Source: Phoronis australis
Taxonomy: Eukaryota > Animalia > Phoronida
Direction: 5' to 3'
Length of the DNA: 64,000 nt
NCBI GenBank assembly: GCA_002633005.1
Contig: NMRA01000352.1
Coordinates: 162,905 to 226,904, forward strand
Below, piece after piece: positions 14,701 to 28,319 of the stretch (the first letter of the stretch is position 1; each line of letters starts with the position of its first letter). Made by a program: the position numbers and the translations under genes. Below the pieces are notes generated by a model. It saw nothing but the letters and a program-made list of their open reading frames with translations, ran no database searches and was not told the origin of the DNA.

Positions 14701-17700
14701 GCAAAGAACTGATAGTTATTCCTCAATGATTTTGTCTTACTGTAAATATATAGAACACACAGTCAGTTTTGGCCAGTTCTAGACTGACTGGGAGTTATGT
14801 ACACAACTAATGCCACTTATTTACGTTATTTGTTAGTCAAAAAATGACCCACAATAACTGCACTTCAACTGTTAAAACTTTCGTCGACATCAAATTTTGT
14901 AACAAATGGTTTGTACATCCTAAACAAAAATGGCAAGTTATGCCTTTGAGAGCAACCAATGTAGCTGACTAACTACCAGTTGTGTGTATATTCTCAGAAA
15001 CTTTTGCACAAATTAAGATTTAATTACACTTCATAAATAACTGTTTGGAGAGTAAGATCAAATTTCTGACATTAAGTTTGACCCCAGGTTTCACACGATG
15101 GTGAAGTTAGGCCTATCCCTGAAAGGAGCCTCCACTTGTTCAAAGACTACGCCCCACCTGAAGACTGCAATAAGTGTGTTGGTCATAATGTAGGACAATC
15201 ATCGTATGTTAACAGAGACATCCTGATTTGTAATGAATCAGCAGGTAACATCAAAACAGTTGTGACCATACACTTTACAATTTGCAGTTTGACATCCTTC
15301 TTAAATCATGAATAAGAGCTTCAAAAGAACAACTGTTGCATGACAACCTAAAGGCAATTTCGTGACATGCTCATATCAACTGATCAAGGTCGAGTTGCTA
15401 GTGATTAATTTCCCAAAATAGTTATCCAAACCAATAATTTCACCTCATGCTGAAGAGTCGGGTAAAATCTCACAAAGTAAGATCACAATATGGCCGACAA
15501 GAGAAACTTCATAAGTAAAACCAAATACATACTATATTATGTTCGAGCATGAATTTATTCGCCCCAACATGTCACTTTATAAAATAAGACGACCAATAGA
15601 GATTTTAGTTTGCAGAATTCTTATTTATGACAGACGGTAATTTAAAGCCACTATTATCTCAACCTGGAATTAATTGATTTTTTTCTTTCTCTTACAGTCA
15701 AGTGGATGTTGTATACAAACCCATTGCTTATTGGACCAAAATAAGATATTGCTTATTGGACCAAAATAAGATATTGCTTATTGGACCAAAATAAGACATT
15801 GCTTATTGGACCAAAATAAGATTTCACATTTTCAAAGGCATTTCACTAAAATTCAAACATTCAAATATACACGTCGTTAAAAAACTCAAGATGCGGAATT
15901 TAATACATGGAGAAAACGAAGATAACAGATTTTTCTCCAGCAACCGAATTAAGTCTACCTTAATGCGACACCTTCCTTTATCTTAGTTATTAATTAAATA
16001 TGGTAAAAATCTTTGAATATGACCCGTTAAGGATATGTAGGGCCTTACTTTTAAATATTTAATTTTTTGCAGCATTGCATACCTGCGTGGATGAATCTTT
16101 TATTCCATTTTTACACACATCACATGATGTGTTATGATATACTTATCAGCCATAGAATTGATGCAATGCACTTCAGAGTTTGTCCAATTCACACCACCCA
16201 AGACCTCAGACATTTTGACTAGGGTACATACATGATATAAAATGAATCAAAAATGCACAGTTAAATACTTAGGTTTGGTAGCAATTGTCATTGGCAAAAG
16301 TAGACTGTTCATACTGGCGTTCACTCGAGTAACGACAACGAGAAAGCTTGATCTTGGCTCAGATTCGGGACAGAAATTAACTAATATTTTAGTGATTCAT
16401 TAATTCAAAAACGGAGCACTAAATCCCACTATCAACTCCTTCCATTGTTTGATTAGATTTAAGTACACTGATTTAGTTTAGATTTTTGACATTGGCTGGC
16501 CTTGGATCGAAATTATCCCATTTTATCAGTCCCAGCCACTCAGACACTGCTACGCAGCCGTGGATTCTTCTTCGCAGTGGGAAACGTATGGGACATGATG
16601 TCTTTCATACACGGATATTTCAAGAGGTTTGGCTTTTTCCGTGAGCCACTAGTACAACCCAGTGCACACCACTGAAAATTTGCTGGCATTATGACAAAAA
16701 GAAAGGTGTTGAAACGCTGTATAACAGTAGGTTGAAATCTCCCGTCAGAATTACATGAGATCTCTACATGGTGTTGAATGCCTGTCCACCAAAGACCTTA
16801 TATGGGCTGTCTGGTGGGAGAGTGAACTTCAAGTACTCATGTAACTATATCATTCTTTACAATACTCAATAGATATTCTGGCAGCCAACCCCACAGTTGC
16901 AAGGCATGTCATGTACTCAAAGAGAAGCCTTCAACTTTCCAGTTGCAAAATGGCAAGGCAGGACCTAATGACATGGTCAACAAATTATTACAATCATTGG
17001 CCCTAACAGAAGTCAGGACTATGCAAGCTGGTTTTCAGATCCCAACAATGTGATGATAAGCAATTATTGCTTGGGCTTTCCAAGCCAGCCCAATCACTCC
17101 TCCAGCCAGTCAACTACAAGTTTTATGCCCAAAATGAGATTTGAAAAAACTTCCAGAAAATGCTCGGAATGGACAGAAGAGTTAACTACATTTTGGGAAA
17201 GATGCCACACTTTGCAGTCATACGACGGTTATTTTTAATGCAAAACAATGGACAAACATCATTTGGTTGATCAATGCGATTACAAGCTGTGTGTAAACAC
17301 ACTCGACATGCGAGTGCTTAAATCCACAGAAATGAACAGTGAACATTTTAGCCTTTCAAATTGCATGATGGAGGTAACAGTGATACCTTGATGGGGGCTT
17401 GTATTCACTGACCGACCTCAGGCTTCAAAGACCTTTAAGTTCATTGACGTACAGATCATGCAGTGGTATAGTAACGGTTTGCAAACAAAAGACCCTGTGA
17501 TCTAATCACAATGGGACATATCTCCGTTACTTCACCATAAAGTTTTAAAAAAATCTAAAATGTGTTACCACAGTAGTGGTTATTACAAAGATATGAGAGG
17601 TCAATATTGCAAATTACTGATTCTATAATATCGGCTGCTGGTGGCTTGTAACAACTCGTGGCCTGGTCAGTTAATTAAATGCATAGCAAAGATGATGTGG

Positions 17701-20700
17701 AATGGCTCTTATATGCATTGTCTCAGTTCATGGCGTAAGCAATCACTTTATTTGCTGCCTGTTCTAGGCAATGATATTGCACAAAACAATCTCAGAAGCA
17801 TAGAGAAAAAATAAATTTTAACTCACCTTTCTGTATTGTTTTTTAATTTCATCGTGTGTTGCTGTTTTTTCAAGACCAAACTTTGCATACAAAGTGTGAC
17901 CAGATGCCCTGTGAAACGAAACAAAAATAATTACACATGTAATTTTGACTGTTAACAAATTTTGTCTGAATGTCCATTTCAAAGATGCTTCTCAATAATT
18001 CTCAATCATGAACCAATGTTTCTGGCCACATGCTGAAGACACCAACAGAGGCTATGACCAGGGAGTGACCACACTTACTGAAGGACAAATATTGGGAATG
18101 CTGTGGTCAATTTGCCTTTGCAAGGCTGCCTTTGACAGCTGATCCTACATGCTTGGAAATCTGTATCACAGTTTCATATGTCTAGGTGTCATGAATGGCC
18201 AACATTTACAACCTGATAAGGTAATTTTGAAGTAAATATGAACAGTTAAGCTAGATTTTCTGTTCCGTGATGATACATGACATCATATGGTTATGAAATT
18301 TCATTGCTCTCTGCTCAAACAGGGAACATCTGGGGTGGAATGTGGCCAGGGAGGACAATAATAATGTCTCTCATACATATACACTTGATACATTGGGGAA
18401 TTTTTTTGTGAATCGTGTGAGTACCCCACCACAAGCCAGTAGCAATTGGATGGCCGATGCTGGTCACAAAGAATTCACTAACAGTGATGGGAAATCCCAT
18501 CACATGAGAGCCCCTCACATGAGAGCCCATCACATGAGAGCCCCACACATGAGTGCAATAGACCAACTACACTATTACCATCTTTGGACTATGCTTATTT
18601 AATTATGCCACTGCTATATTAAGAAATGGCTATGACCGCCAAACACATTTTCAAAGTAGAACTCTAAATCTCTCACTATGGCCATAAATACGAGGTCAAA
18701 GTTGCCAAATTCGACTTGTGCCTGGAGATGCCCCACTTACACTTCGGTACAAAATGTGGACAAAGTGGAAGCTTTCTTCTCTATATATCATACCGGTCAA
18801 CATTTTCTCAGGACCTTTTCATCTTACTCTTACACTTCTCACTTGACCTTCAAAATGAAGCCAGTGATGCCAAAATCGACAGGCAACTGGGAATGGACCA
18901 TGTGCTGCCTTCTTGCAATATCGTGTCAACAACATTTTTCCTAAGTCAAAACTTGATTTAATCTCATTGTGACCTTGAAAATGATGCAAAGGTCAACAAA
19001 ATCAACTTGAGTCTACAGTTAATCCACCTACAGTACACCTTGTTGAATATAACCTCAAGATACATTCCTGAAATAACGCGCAACGGCGAAACAAATGGAA
19101 GCGCACTGCAGACCAATACCTTGAAAAATCAACTGAGATAAGAAATGAAGACACCGATTCAAACACTGATGACAACGCAAACGCAGACAATTATAATGAA
19201 GTCGCAAAACCCATGATGTTAACAACTGCGACATGAATGACAATAATTACATCACTCGACTGACATGACGGCACAGAGGTTTTTGGGTGAAGATATCACC
19301 GAAGCCAATGATGACGAGAATCCAACGGCTGATTGGTCAATAAAGGAACAGTAGCCAGAAAATCTGAAATAATTTGAAAACAATAAGAGGTAGCGAAAAC
19401 CGTATGCCACACGTCTTGTAGCACTTGGCAAGACCTATCCACACACCACAGCATACCTAGGGGTCCTCAATACAAGAAGATTAAAAAGTGGTAGCAACAG
19501 CGCCATCTTTTGTCAGAGATAAATGATGGATCAAAACTGAAAGATCTTTGGAGTTTGGTTTTGAAAGTGCAAGGCAAACCAGTTTTATCCACTGCCATTT
19601 TCTAGCAGTTGGCTCACAATCAAAGAAACCTTCTATTCATATTTATGAGCGAAGATAATTACCTCCACTCCTTCAGAAGTGATCAGCTGATTAGAGGGTA
19701 TTGCGGGTATAGAACCCGAGGCCACCAGCATAAGTCCATTCAGGCAAGAGACATATTTGTCTATCGTCAAGCGAATTGAAGAAGTTTTATTCAAGTGTCT
19801 TGTGACACATGACATCCAGTTGTGTCATAAAGCCTGTGCAAATCACTTGCCAATGGGCAATTGCCTCTTGGCAGAACGGTTTGGACACTTGACTCTCATG
19901 TCGACGATCCGGGCTCGATATTTGCATCCGAGTGTGAATTTATCTACTAGGCGCGCAACAATGGTAGGATCTAAAATCAGATGGGATTTCAACACTCCTC
20001 GAGGGTGGTCGGGAGTCATGCTCACAGCTCAAGAGCACCAACTCACAGACTAAATAGTTCTCCAGTCTGCGATGCCCCTTTCGCCGCAGCTGATAGACGA
20101 TCGAGTACCAGTATATGTAACTATGCCCCAAGGCTACATTTAGCAAATAGACAGTGATCACCGTCTCCAGCTGGCTCACCAGACAGGGAGCTTCATACGG
20201 CGGATTCGAAGCTTTTTGGGAAATTATGCCTCACGATTTTGGGAGCTGAATGAGGGACTGTTCGAAGAAAAGTTTGATAACGGATAACTGGAATATTTGT
20301 TTTCGAGTTGGAAGGAATTAACTTAGACATGGTCTCCTAACGTGTCCCTCTTTGCGCAAAAGGTATTTTATGACGTGACTTTGATGCTTTGGTCAGTGTG
20401 AGGCATAATTCGCCGAAAACCTTCCGGCGCATGCAGCTCCCATGGTAGCCTTGGTACAAAGCGGCAAACGAATATACAGCTTTGTGCCGATGTGGGTAAC
20501 AAAGTGGTAAGATAAAATCTGACACAAAATTAGTGTCATTAAATTCTAGTCTTCCTTGAGTAAACTAAATTATTTTACGTTTTCAAAACGACAACATACT
20601 TTTTATTGCTACAAAAAGTCAAGAATGAAGCAAGAAAATGACGTTTGTTGCATTGTTTTTCACTTAATTGAACGGTTCTAACGGGCAAGGTGAGTGTTGG

Positions 20701-23700
20701 TTGATTCCCAGATTTTGCATGCACCCCATCCGGTCTTTAGCTCTATATGTTGATACAGGTTTCACGGCGAGTTGTTGAGCACAACTACCCTAGCTGTGCG
20801 CAATTTCGGGGTCTACGGAAGAAATACACACAGTGGTACCTATCTAGCTGTATTTTGACGACAGTCTTCATACAGCTAGCTGGCTGGCTACTCCTATGGT
20901 AGGCAACACGCAGCCCTTCATTCCTCAATGGGCCTGTATGACTGCGACATCCAGGGCGGTGTAATTGCCCACTCTTATGGAAGCTACACCTTCTCTACTG
21001 AGCCAGTCAGAGACGGTGGTCACTCAGGTCACTGTCTACAAATGAACTGAGCACAGCCACAGAGCACTGAACCCGTCAATTTGTAAGACTACATTCCTAA
21101 TTCCTTGGCGAGCAGTGAAACAAGACCATGTCACACGGAAATACTATGTACGATTTGAACATTTCCCCAAAAATTTCAAGAGCACCTAATACACAATGAA
21201 CTCGGTACATTCCCATTCAGTTAAGACTCAGCTCAGGCTTATAATAGGGACGTGACAAAAAATTTCAAATTCTTATTTAATATTTAAAAATGCATTGATT
21301 TAATAAAACATCAAAAACAGAGTCAAACAAAAAAAAAATTAACAAAATCCATTAAGCCGTTGACTTTTTATGAACGTTTGAAGAGCGATAATTAGCCCTT
21401 TTTTTAGTCCTCTGAATACATGGGAGTAAATGCGCATTCATGTGACCCAAAATTAGTTTTTTCACAATAACTTCCTCAATACTTTTAATAACAACATGAA
21501 AATTTCAGGATATGACAATCCTAGCATTTACTTGGTGAGAAACATTTTTAAGAAAACAAAAAATTCCAAATTCCAAAATGGCGGACAATATGGCCACCAT
21601 TATGACTGCAAAAACGTCTTATTGTTTTACGTTAATGAACTATATGGTGTAATATACCATTAACAAACTATATGGTGTGATATACCAAATGATAGGTCTT
21701 TTCATTGCTTTTTTGAAGAGAATGGAGAAAAACATGTTTAGNTGCCAAATAGACTAAATATATTGATTGAATGCTATCACCTCAGCTTGGACCAGTTCTT
21801 CAACGGTTATTAACATAAATCAAGTTTGTTCCTTCGAGTGCCTGTAAAGTCGCCTTCCCATTAGAAGCGAAACTTCCTTTTTACCTAAGTTTCAATAAGT
21901 GGGAAAGGTTATCTCTGGTAGATAAACTGCAAGCGAAACTTCGCTTAAAATAGTAGGATTTAAAAACGAAGTTTTGTCGAAGCTATCCATAGAGGTCGCG
22001 GCAACGATTGTAGCATAGCTGACATGCTCTCACTAGACGGACATAAATAAATAAAAGCATATCTGATGAAGAAGAACATTGATCATTTTGATAAACACTG
22101 TCTCGTAAATGGCAGACGAACATTTTATAGATAGCCTGGAACTCACTACTCAATACTCATTTGAGAGTACGAATGAACTGCGTCGTCTGTTGTCATAGTA
22201 GTAACTTTGATATCGTTGTGTATTTGGGATGGTAAGTGATGTTTCAGCGAAGCTTCAGTAAACCGAATTTCCATTTATGGGAAAGTGACCTAAGTTTGCA
22301 GCTGGTTTCAGACAACACTAGAGGCATTATAGATATCTAGACCAGTTCCTTGGTAAGGAGGTCAATGTGTCGAATGTATCAAGTAAGCACTGAGCAACTT
22401 CAGTCTGATAGTAACTCAATCACAATGACACTGTGACACTGATCACAATGACACCGATGCCAAATGAAACATGAACACTGGAACCATGCATCAACTTGAA
22501 ATGGGTCAATTACGTTCAAGCTTACCTCTGTTTGTGTAACACATGCATGTCAAGGTACTGAATGAGCTGAACTTTCACAGGAATTGTGTGACGTCATAGC
22601 AAACCTGTGTTCTGTTTAAGGAACTAAATTTTGATTTCGACGACTTACTAAAAATTGATTTGGCGTGTTCCTAACAAGTGTACACAGATGAGAACAAACA
22701 AGCGATTTTTGTTCTTGTAAAGAACTGATAGTTATTCCTCAATGATTTTGTCTTACTGTCAATATATAGAACACACAGTCAGTTTTGGCCACTTCTAGAC
22801 TCACTGGGAGTTAAGTACACAACTAATGCCACTTATTTACGTTATTTGTTAGTCAAAAAATGACCCACAATAACTGCACTTCAACTGTTAAAACTTTCGT
22901 CGACATCAAATTTTGTAACAAATGGTTTGTACATTCTAAACAAAAATGGCAAGTTATGCCTTTGAGAGCAACCAATGTAGCTGACTAACTACCAGTTATG
23001 CGTATATTCTCAGAAACTTTTGCACAAATTAAGATTTAATTACACTTCATAAATAACTGTGTGGAGAGTAAGATCAAATTTCTGACATTAAGTTTGAAGT
23101 CACTTTTCATGACAAAGACCCCAGGTTTCACACAATGGTGAAGTTAGGCCTATTCCTGAATGGAGCCTCCACTTGTTCAAAGACTACGCTCCACCTGAAG
23201 ACTGCAATAAGTGTGGTGGTCATAATGTAGGACAATCATCGTATGTTAAATAATAGAGACATCCTGATTTGTAATGAATCAGCAGGTAACATCAAAACAG
23301 TTGTGACCATACACTTTATATTTTGCAGTTTGACATCCTTCTTAAATCATGAATAAGAGCTTCAAAAGAACAACTGTTGCATGACTACCTAAAGGCAATT
23401 TCGTGACATGCTCATATCAACTGCTCAAGGTCGAGTTGCTAGTGAATAATTTCCCAAAATAGTTATCCAAACAAATAATTTCACCTCATGCTGAAGAGTC
23501 GGGTAAAATCTCACAAAGTAAGGTCACAATATGTGTGTTATGATATACTTAATCAGCCATACAATAGATGCAATGCACTTCAGAGTTTGTCCAATTCACA
23601 CCACCCAGGATCTCAGACATTTTGACCAGGGTACATACATGATATAAAATGAATCAAAAATGCACAGTTAAATACTTAGGTTTGGTAGCAATTGCCATTG

Positions 23701-26700
23701 GCAAAAGTAGACTGTTCATACTAGCGTTCACTAGAGTAACGACAGCGAGAAAGCTTGATCCTGGCTCAGATTCGGGACAGAAATTAACTAATATTTTAGT
23801 GATTCATTAATTCAAAAACGGAGCACTAAATCCCACTATCAACTCCTTCCACTGTTTGATTAGATTTAAGTACAATGATTTAGTTTAGATTTTTGATATT
23901 GGATGGGATCGAAATTATCCCACTTTATCAGTCCCAGCCACTCAGACACTGCTACGCAGCCGTGGATTCTTCTTCGTAGTGGGAAATGTATGGGACATGA
24001 TGTCTTTCATACATGGATGTTTCAAGAGGTTTGGCTTTTTCCTTAGCCACTAGTACAACCCAGTGCACACCACTGAAAATTTGCTAGCATTATGACAAAA
24101 AGAAATGTGTTGAAACCCTGTATAACAGTAGGTTGAAATCTCCCGTCAGCATTACATGAGATCTCTACATGGTACTGAATGCCTGTCCACCAAAGACCTT
24201 ATTTGGGCTGTCTGGTGGGAGAGTGAACTTCAAGTACTCATGTAACTATATCATTCTTTACAATACTCAATAGATATTCCGGTAACAGTTGATCAATCCC
24301 ATGGCAGTCAACCCCACAGTTGCAAGGCATAGTACTCAAAGAGAAGCATTCAACTTTCCAGTTGCAAAATGGCAAGGCAGGACCTAATGACATGGTCAAC
24401 AAATTATTACAATCATTGGCCCCAACAGAAGTCAGGACTATGCAAGCTGGTTTTCAGATCCCAACAATGTGATGATAAGCAATTATTGCTTGGGCTTTCC
24501 AAGCCAGCCCAATCACTCCTCCAGCCAGTCAACTACAAGTTTTATGCCCAAAATGAGATTTGAAAAAACTTCCAGAAAATGCTCGAAATGGACAGAAGAA
24601 GAGTTAACTGCATTTTGGGAAAGATGCCACACTTTGCAGTCATACGACGGTTATTTTTAATGCAAAACAATGGACAAACATCATTTGGTTGATCAATGCG
24701 ATTACAAGCTGTGTGTAAACACACTCGACATGCCAGTGCTTAAATCCACAGAAATGAATGGTGAACAGTTTAGCCTTTCAAATTGCATGATGGAGGTAAC
24801 AATGATACCTTGATGGGGGCTCGTATTCACTGACCGACCTCAGGCTTCAAAGACCTTTAAGTTCATTGACGTACAGATCGTGCAGTGGTATACCGTAGTA
24901 AAGGTTTGCAAATAAAAGACCCTGTGATCTAATCACAATGGCACATACCTCCGTTACTTCACCATAAAGTTTTAAAAAAATCAAAAATGTGTTACCACAG
25001 TAGTGGTTATTACAAAGATATGAGAGGTCAGTTTTGCAAATTACTGATTCTATAATATTGGCTGCTGGTGGCTTGTAACAACTCGTCGCCTGGTCAGTTA
25101 ATTAAACGCATAGCAAAGATGATGTGAAATGGCTTTTATATGCATTGTCTCAGTTCATGGCGTAAGCAATCACTTTATTTGCTGCCTGTTCTAGGCAATG
25201 ATATTGCACAAAACAATCTCAGAAGCAGAGAAAAAATACATTTTAACTCACCTTTCTGTATTGTTTTTTAATTTCATCGTGTGTTGCTGTTTTTTCTAGA
25301 CCAAACTTTGCATACAAAGTGTGACCAGATGCCCTGTGAAACGAAACAAAAAATAATTACACATGTAATTTTGACCGTTAACAGATTTTGTCTGAATGTC
25401 CATTTCAAAGATGCTTCTCAATAATTCTCAATCATGAACCAATGTTTCTGGCCACATGCTGAAGACACCAACAGAGGCTATGACCAGGGAGTGACCACAC
25501 TTACTGAAGGACAAATATTAGGGATGCTGTGGCCACTTTGCCTGTGCAAGGCTGCCTTTGACAGCTGATCCTACATGCTTGGAAATCTGTATCACAGTTT
25601 CATATGTCTAGGTGTCCTGAATGGCCAACATTTACAACCTGATGAGGTAATTTTCAAGGTAAAGTAAATATGAACAGTTAAGCTAGATTTTCTGTTCCGT
25701 GATGATACATGACATCATATGGTTATGAAATCACATTGCTCTCTGCTCAAACAGGGAACATCTGGGGTGGAATGTGGCCAGGGAGGACAATAATAATGTC
25801 TCTCATACATATACACTTGATACATTGGGGAATTTTTTGTGAATCGTTTGAGTACCCCACCACAAACCAATAGCAATTTGATGGCCGATGCTGGTCACAG
25901 AGAATTCATAAACAGTGATGGGAAGAGCCCCTCACATGAGAGCCCCTCACATGAGAGCCCATCACATGAGAGCCCCACACATGAGTGCAATAGACCAACT
26001 ACACTATTACCATCTTTGGACTATGCTTATTTAATTATGCCACTGCTATATTAAGAAATGGCTATGAACACATTTTCAAAGTAGAACTCTAAATCTCTCA
26101 CTATGGCCATAAATATGAGGTCAAAGTTGCCAAATTCGACTTGTGCCTGGAGATGCCCCACTTACACTTCAGTACAAAATGTGGACATAGTGGAAGCTTT
26201 CTTCTCTATATATCACACCGGTCAACATTTTCTCAGGACCTTTTCACCTTACTCTTACATTTCTCACTTTGACCTTGAAAATGAAGCCAGTGTTGCCAAA
26301 ATCGACAGGCAACTGGGAATGGACCATGTGCTGCCTTCTTGGAATATCATGCCAACAACAAAACTTGATTCAATCTCATTGTGACCTTGAAAATGATGCA
26401 AAGGTCAACAAAATCAACTTGAGTCTACAGTTAACCCACCTACAGTACACCTTGTTGAATATAACCTCAAGATACATTCCCGAAATAACGCGCAGCAGCG
26501 AAACAAATGAAAGCGCACTGCAGACCAATACCTTCAAAAATCAACTGAGACAAGAATTCAATGAAGACACCGATTCAAACACTGATGACAACGCAAACGC
26601 AGACAATTATAATGAAGTCGCAAAACCCATGATGTTAACAACTGCGACATGACTGACAATAATTACATCATTCGACTGACATGACGGCACTGAGGTTTTT

Positions 26701-27988
26701 GGGTGAAGATATCACCGACGCCAATGATGACGAGAATCCAACGGCTGATTGGTCAATAAAGGAACAGTAGCCAGAAAATCTGAAATAATTTAAAAACAAT
26801 AAGAGGTAGCGAAAACTGTATGCCACACGTCTTGTAGCACTTGGCGAGACCTATCCACACACCACAGCATACCAAGGGGTCCTCAATACAAGAAGATTAA
26901 AAAGTGGCAGCAACAGCGCCATCTTTTGTCAGAGATAAATGATGGATCAAAACTGAAAGATCTTTGGAGTTTGGCTTTGAAAGTGCAAGGAAAACCAGTT
27001 GTATCCACTGCCATTTTCTAGCAGTTGGCTCACAATCGAAGAAACCTTCTATTCATGTTGATGAGCGAAGATAATTAGCTGATTAGTTTTTAGAATTTCG
27101 ATGCCGAAAAACTGAATTTCAGAACAGATTTTGCTGCTGCGAAGTTGTCGCAAAAAGTTAGGAAATGGTGCGGGCGCGTGATAATGAGCATACTGTTTTC
27201 AAAACGACAACATACTTTTCAATGCTACAAAAGGTCAAAGAATGACGCAAGAAAACGATGTTTGTTGCATTGTTTTTCACTTAAACGGTTGTAACGGGCA
27301 AGGTGAGTGTTGGTTGATTCCCAGATTTTGCATGCACCCCATCCGGTCTTTTGCTCTATATGTTGATACAGGTTTCACGGCGAGTTGTTGAGCAGAACTA
27401 CCCTAGCTGTGTGCAATTTCGGGGTCTACGGAAGAAATACACACAGTGGTATCTAGCTGGCTGTATTTTGACGACAGTCTTCATACAGCTAGCTGGCTGG
27501 CTACTCTTATGGTAGGCAACACGCAGCCCCTCATTCCTCAATTGGCCTGTATGCCTGCAACATCCAGGGCGATGTAATTGCCCACTCCTATGGAAGCTAC
27601 ACCTTATCTACTGAGCCAGCCAGAGACGGTGGTCACTGTCTACGGCACAACCACAGAGCACTGAAGACTGAACCTGTCAATTTGCAAGACTATATTCCTA
27701 ATTCCTTGGTGAGCAGTGAAACAAGACCATGTCACAAGGAAATACTATGTACGATTTGAACATTTCCCCAAAAAGTTCAAGAGCACCTAATACACAATGA
27801 ACTCCGCACATTCCCATTCAGTTAAGACTCAGCTCCCTCAGGCTTAACAAGTTACGCCGATCAATAAATTTTAGTCGTTCATTCATTTCAGTTCCAGTGC
27901 GCAAACATTGAGAAAGGGGAGTTGGCAGCCGTTTAGCCATGGCATCGAAGTAATTTACTTACGACATGCTCCTTGCACGATGATCCAT
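5477..27988 (-). CDS. DNAJC5: DnaJ homolog subfamily C member 5 / cysteine string protein, 228 aa; join 27988-27963, 25333-25252 (or duplicate 17908-17827), 10709-10653, 9129-8977, 6513-6379, 5710-5477
   Basis: Manual splicing gives [16 protein letters not shown]...[11 protein letters not shown]...[64 protein letters not shown]. It has a J domain with HPD, the CSP linker and a 14-Cys string; all junctions are GT-AG and in phase. Confidence 0.96.
5904..6137. mobile_element. Fold-back palindromic element with tRNA B-box-like centre
   Basis: The two halves are imperfect reverse complements across ~110 bp each; central gaacccgggaccttct/agaaggttccgggttc. Confidence 0.7.
6379..6513 (-). CDS. DNAJC5: DNAJC5 cysteine-string exon
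   Basis: [45 protein letters not shown], 135 nt, ttgcag/gtaagc. Confidence 0.96.
7050..7292. mobile_element. hAT-like MITE
   Basis: Perfect 13-bp TIR CAGGGCTTGGAAT/ATTCCAAGCCCTG, with reiterated subterminal aaagaggaaa; no clear TSD. Confidence 0.7.
7789..7944. mobile_element. hAT-type MITE, 156 bp
   Basis: TIR CAGTGCTGTAGTGG; 8-bp flanks TTGATAAG/GTGATAAG; second copy at 56851-56984. Confidence 0.8.
8248..8335. mobile_element. Short hairpin MITE (gagaaccagtt/aactggttctc family)
   Basis: Arms gatataatgtgcccgaattttgaaaaccggttt / aaactggttctcaaaatatgggcactttatatc; relatives at 54.6-55.5 kb. Confidence 0.6.
8977..9129 (-). CDS. DNAJC5: DNAJC5 exon, J-domain C-half and linker
   Basis: [51 protein letters not shown], 153 nt, ttcag/gtaggt. 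Confidence 0.97.
10653..10709 (-). CDS. DNAJC5: DNAJC5 exon with HPD motif
   Basis: [19 protein letters not shown], 57 nt, ttctag/gtaagt. Confidence 0.95.
13852..14300. mobile_element. MITE with TIRs gtcgctttcccat/atgggaaagcgac (also ~21847-22292)
   Basis: Terminal inverted repeats seen directly; no ORF. Confidence 0.65.
15723..15822 (+). repeat. Minisatellite, 25 bp x4 (attgcttattggaccaaaataagat)
   Basis: Direct reading; lies in sequence present only in duplication copy A. Confidence 0.9.
17827..17908 (-). CDS. DNAJC5: DNAJC5 J-domain helix I-II exon, copy A
   Basis: [27 protein letters not shown], 82 nt, ttcacag/gtgagt; lies inside the duplicated block. Confidence 0.88.
18497..18553 (+). 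repeat. 15-bp tandem repeat (cacatgagagcccct), ~3.5 copies; counterpart at ~25925-25985
   Basis: Direct reading. Confidence 0.8.
21742..21742. other. Assembly gap or ambiguous base (N)
   Basis: Single n exactly at the duplication junction. Confidence 0.95.
21743..27846 (+). repeat. Large direct duplication, copy B (probable haplotype B)
   Basis: Starts immediately after the N at 21742 with the same sequence as 13747. Confidence 0.95.
25252..25333 (-). CDS. DNAJC5: DNAJC5 J-domain helix I-II exon, copy B
   Basis: Same peptide as copy A with one synonymous change (CTT vs CTA). Confidence 0.88.
27963..27988 (-). CDS. DNAJC5: DNAJC5 first coding exon MDHRARSM(S)
   Basis: Polypyrimidine tract + cag, AATCATGG start context, donor gtaagt in phase 2; resembles vertebrate MADQRQRSLS. 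Confidence 0.88.
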
Positions 27989-28319
27989 GATTCTGGAATG
28001 ACAGGTTTAGAGGATTTAAGGGAAAAAAGAACAGTACACAACCTTTCTTAACCATCCATCGCCTTTACAATCCTACTGACCGGTTGCGCATGTGCACTAA
28101 TGCGCGAATTACGTCATTTTGGGAATTCCCTGTCATAACCTCAAACTCAAGAAAGAGTGAAAGCAAAACTGGGCCGGTGTGAGACCGTGACTCGTAAGGC
28201 ATGTCAGGACGGTTTAGATCGATATTTGATAGACATTCGCCCTCATTTCATTCACTAAGTTCAAATGAACCGAACCGAATCGTCATTTTTTTTAAGATTT
28301 ATGTCTGCTAAGCAAAAAT

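Larger units (their letters stand above)
13747..21241 (+). repeat. Large direct duplication, copy A (probable haplotype A)
   Basis: Colinear with 21743-27846, with scattered SNPs and indels; begins tgccaaatagactaaatatattgattga. Confidence 0.95.

Noticed and set aside
16500-17500. Possible decayed coding sequence (also in copy B at ~23900-24900)
   Set aside because: Only short interrupted frames and no motif I can recognise; needs BLASTX.
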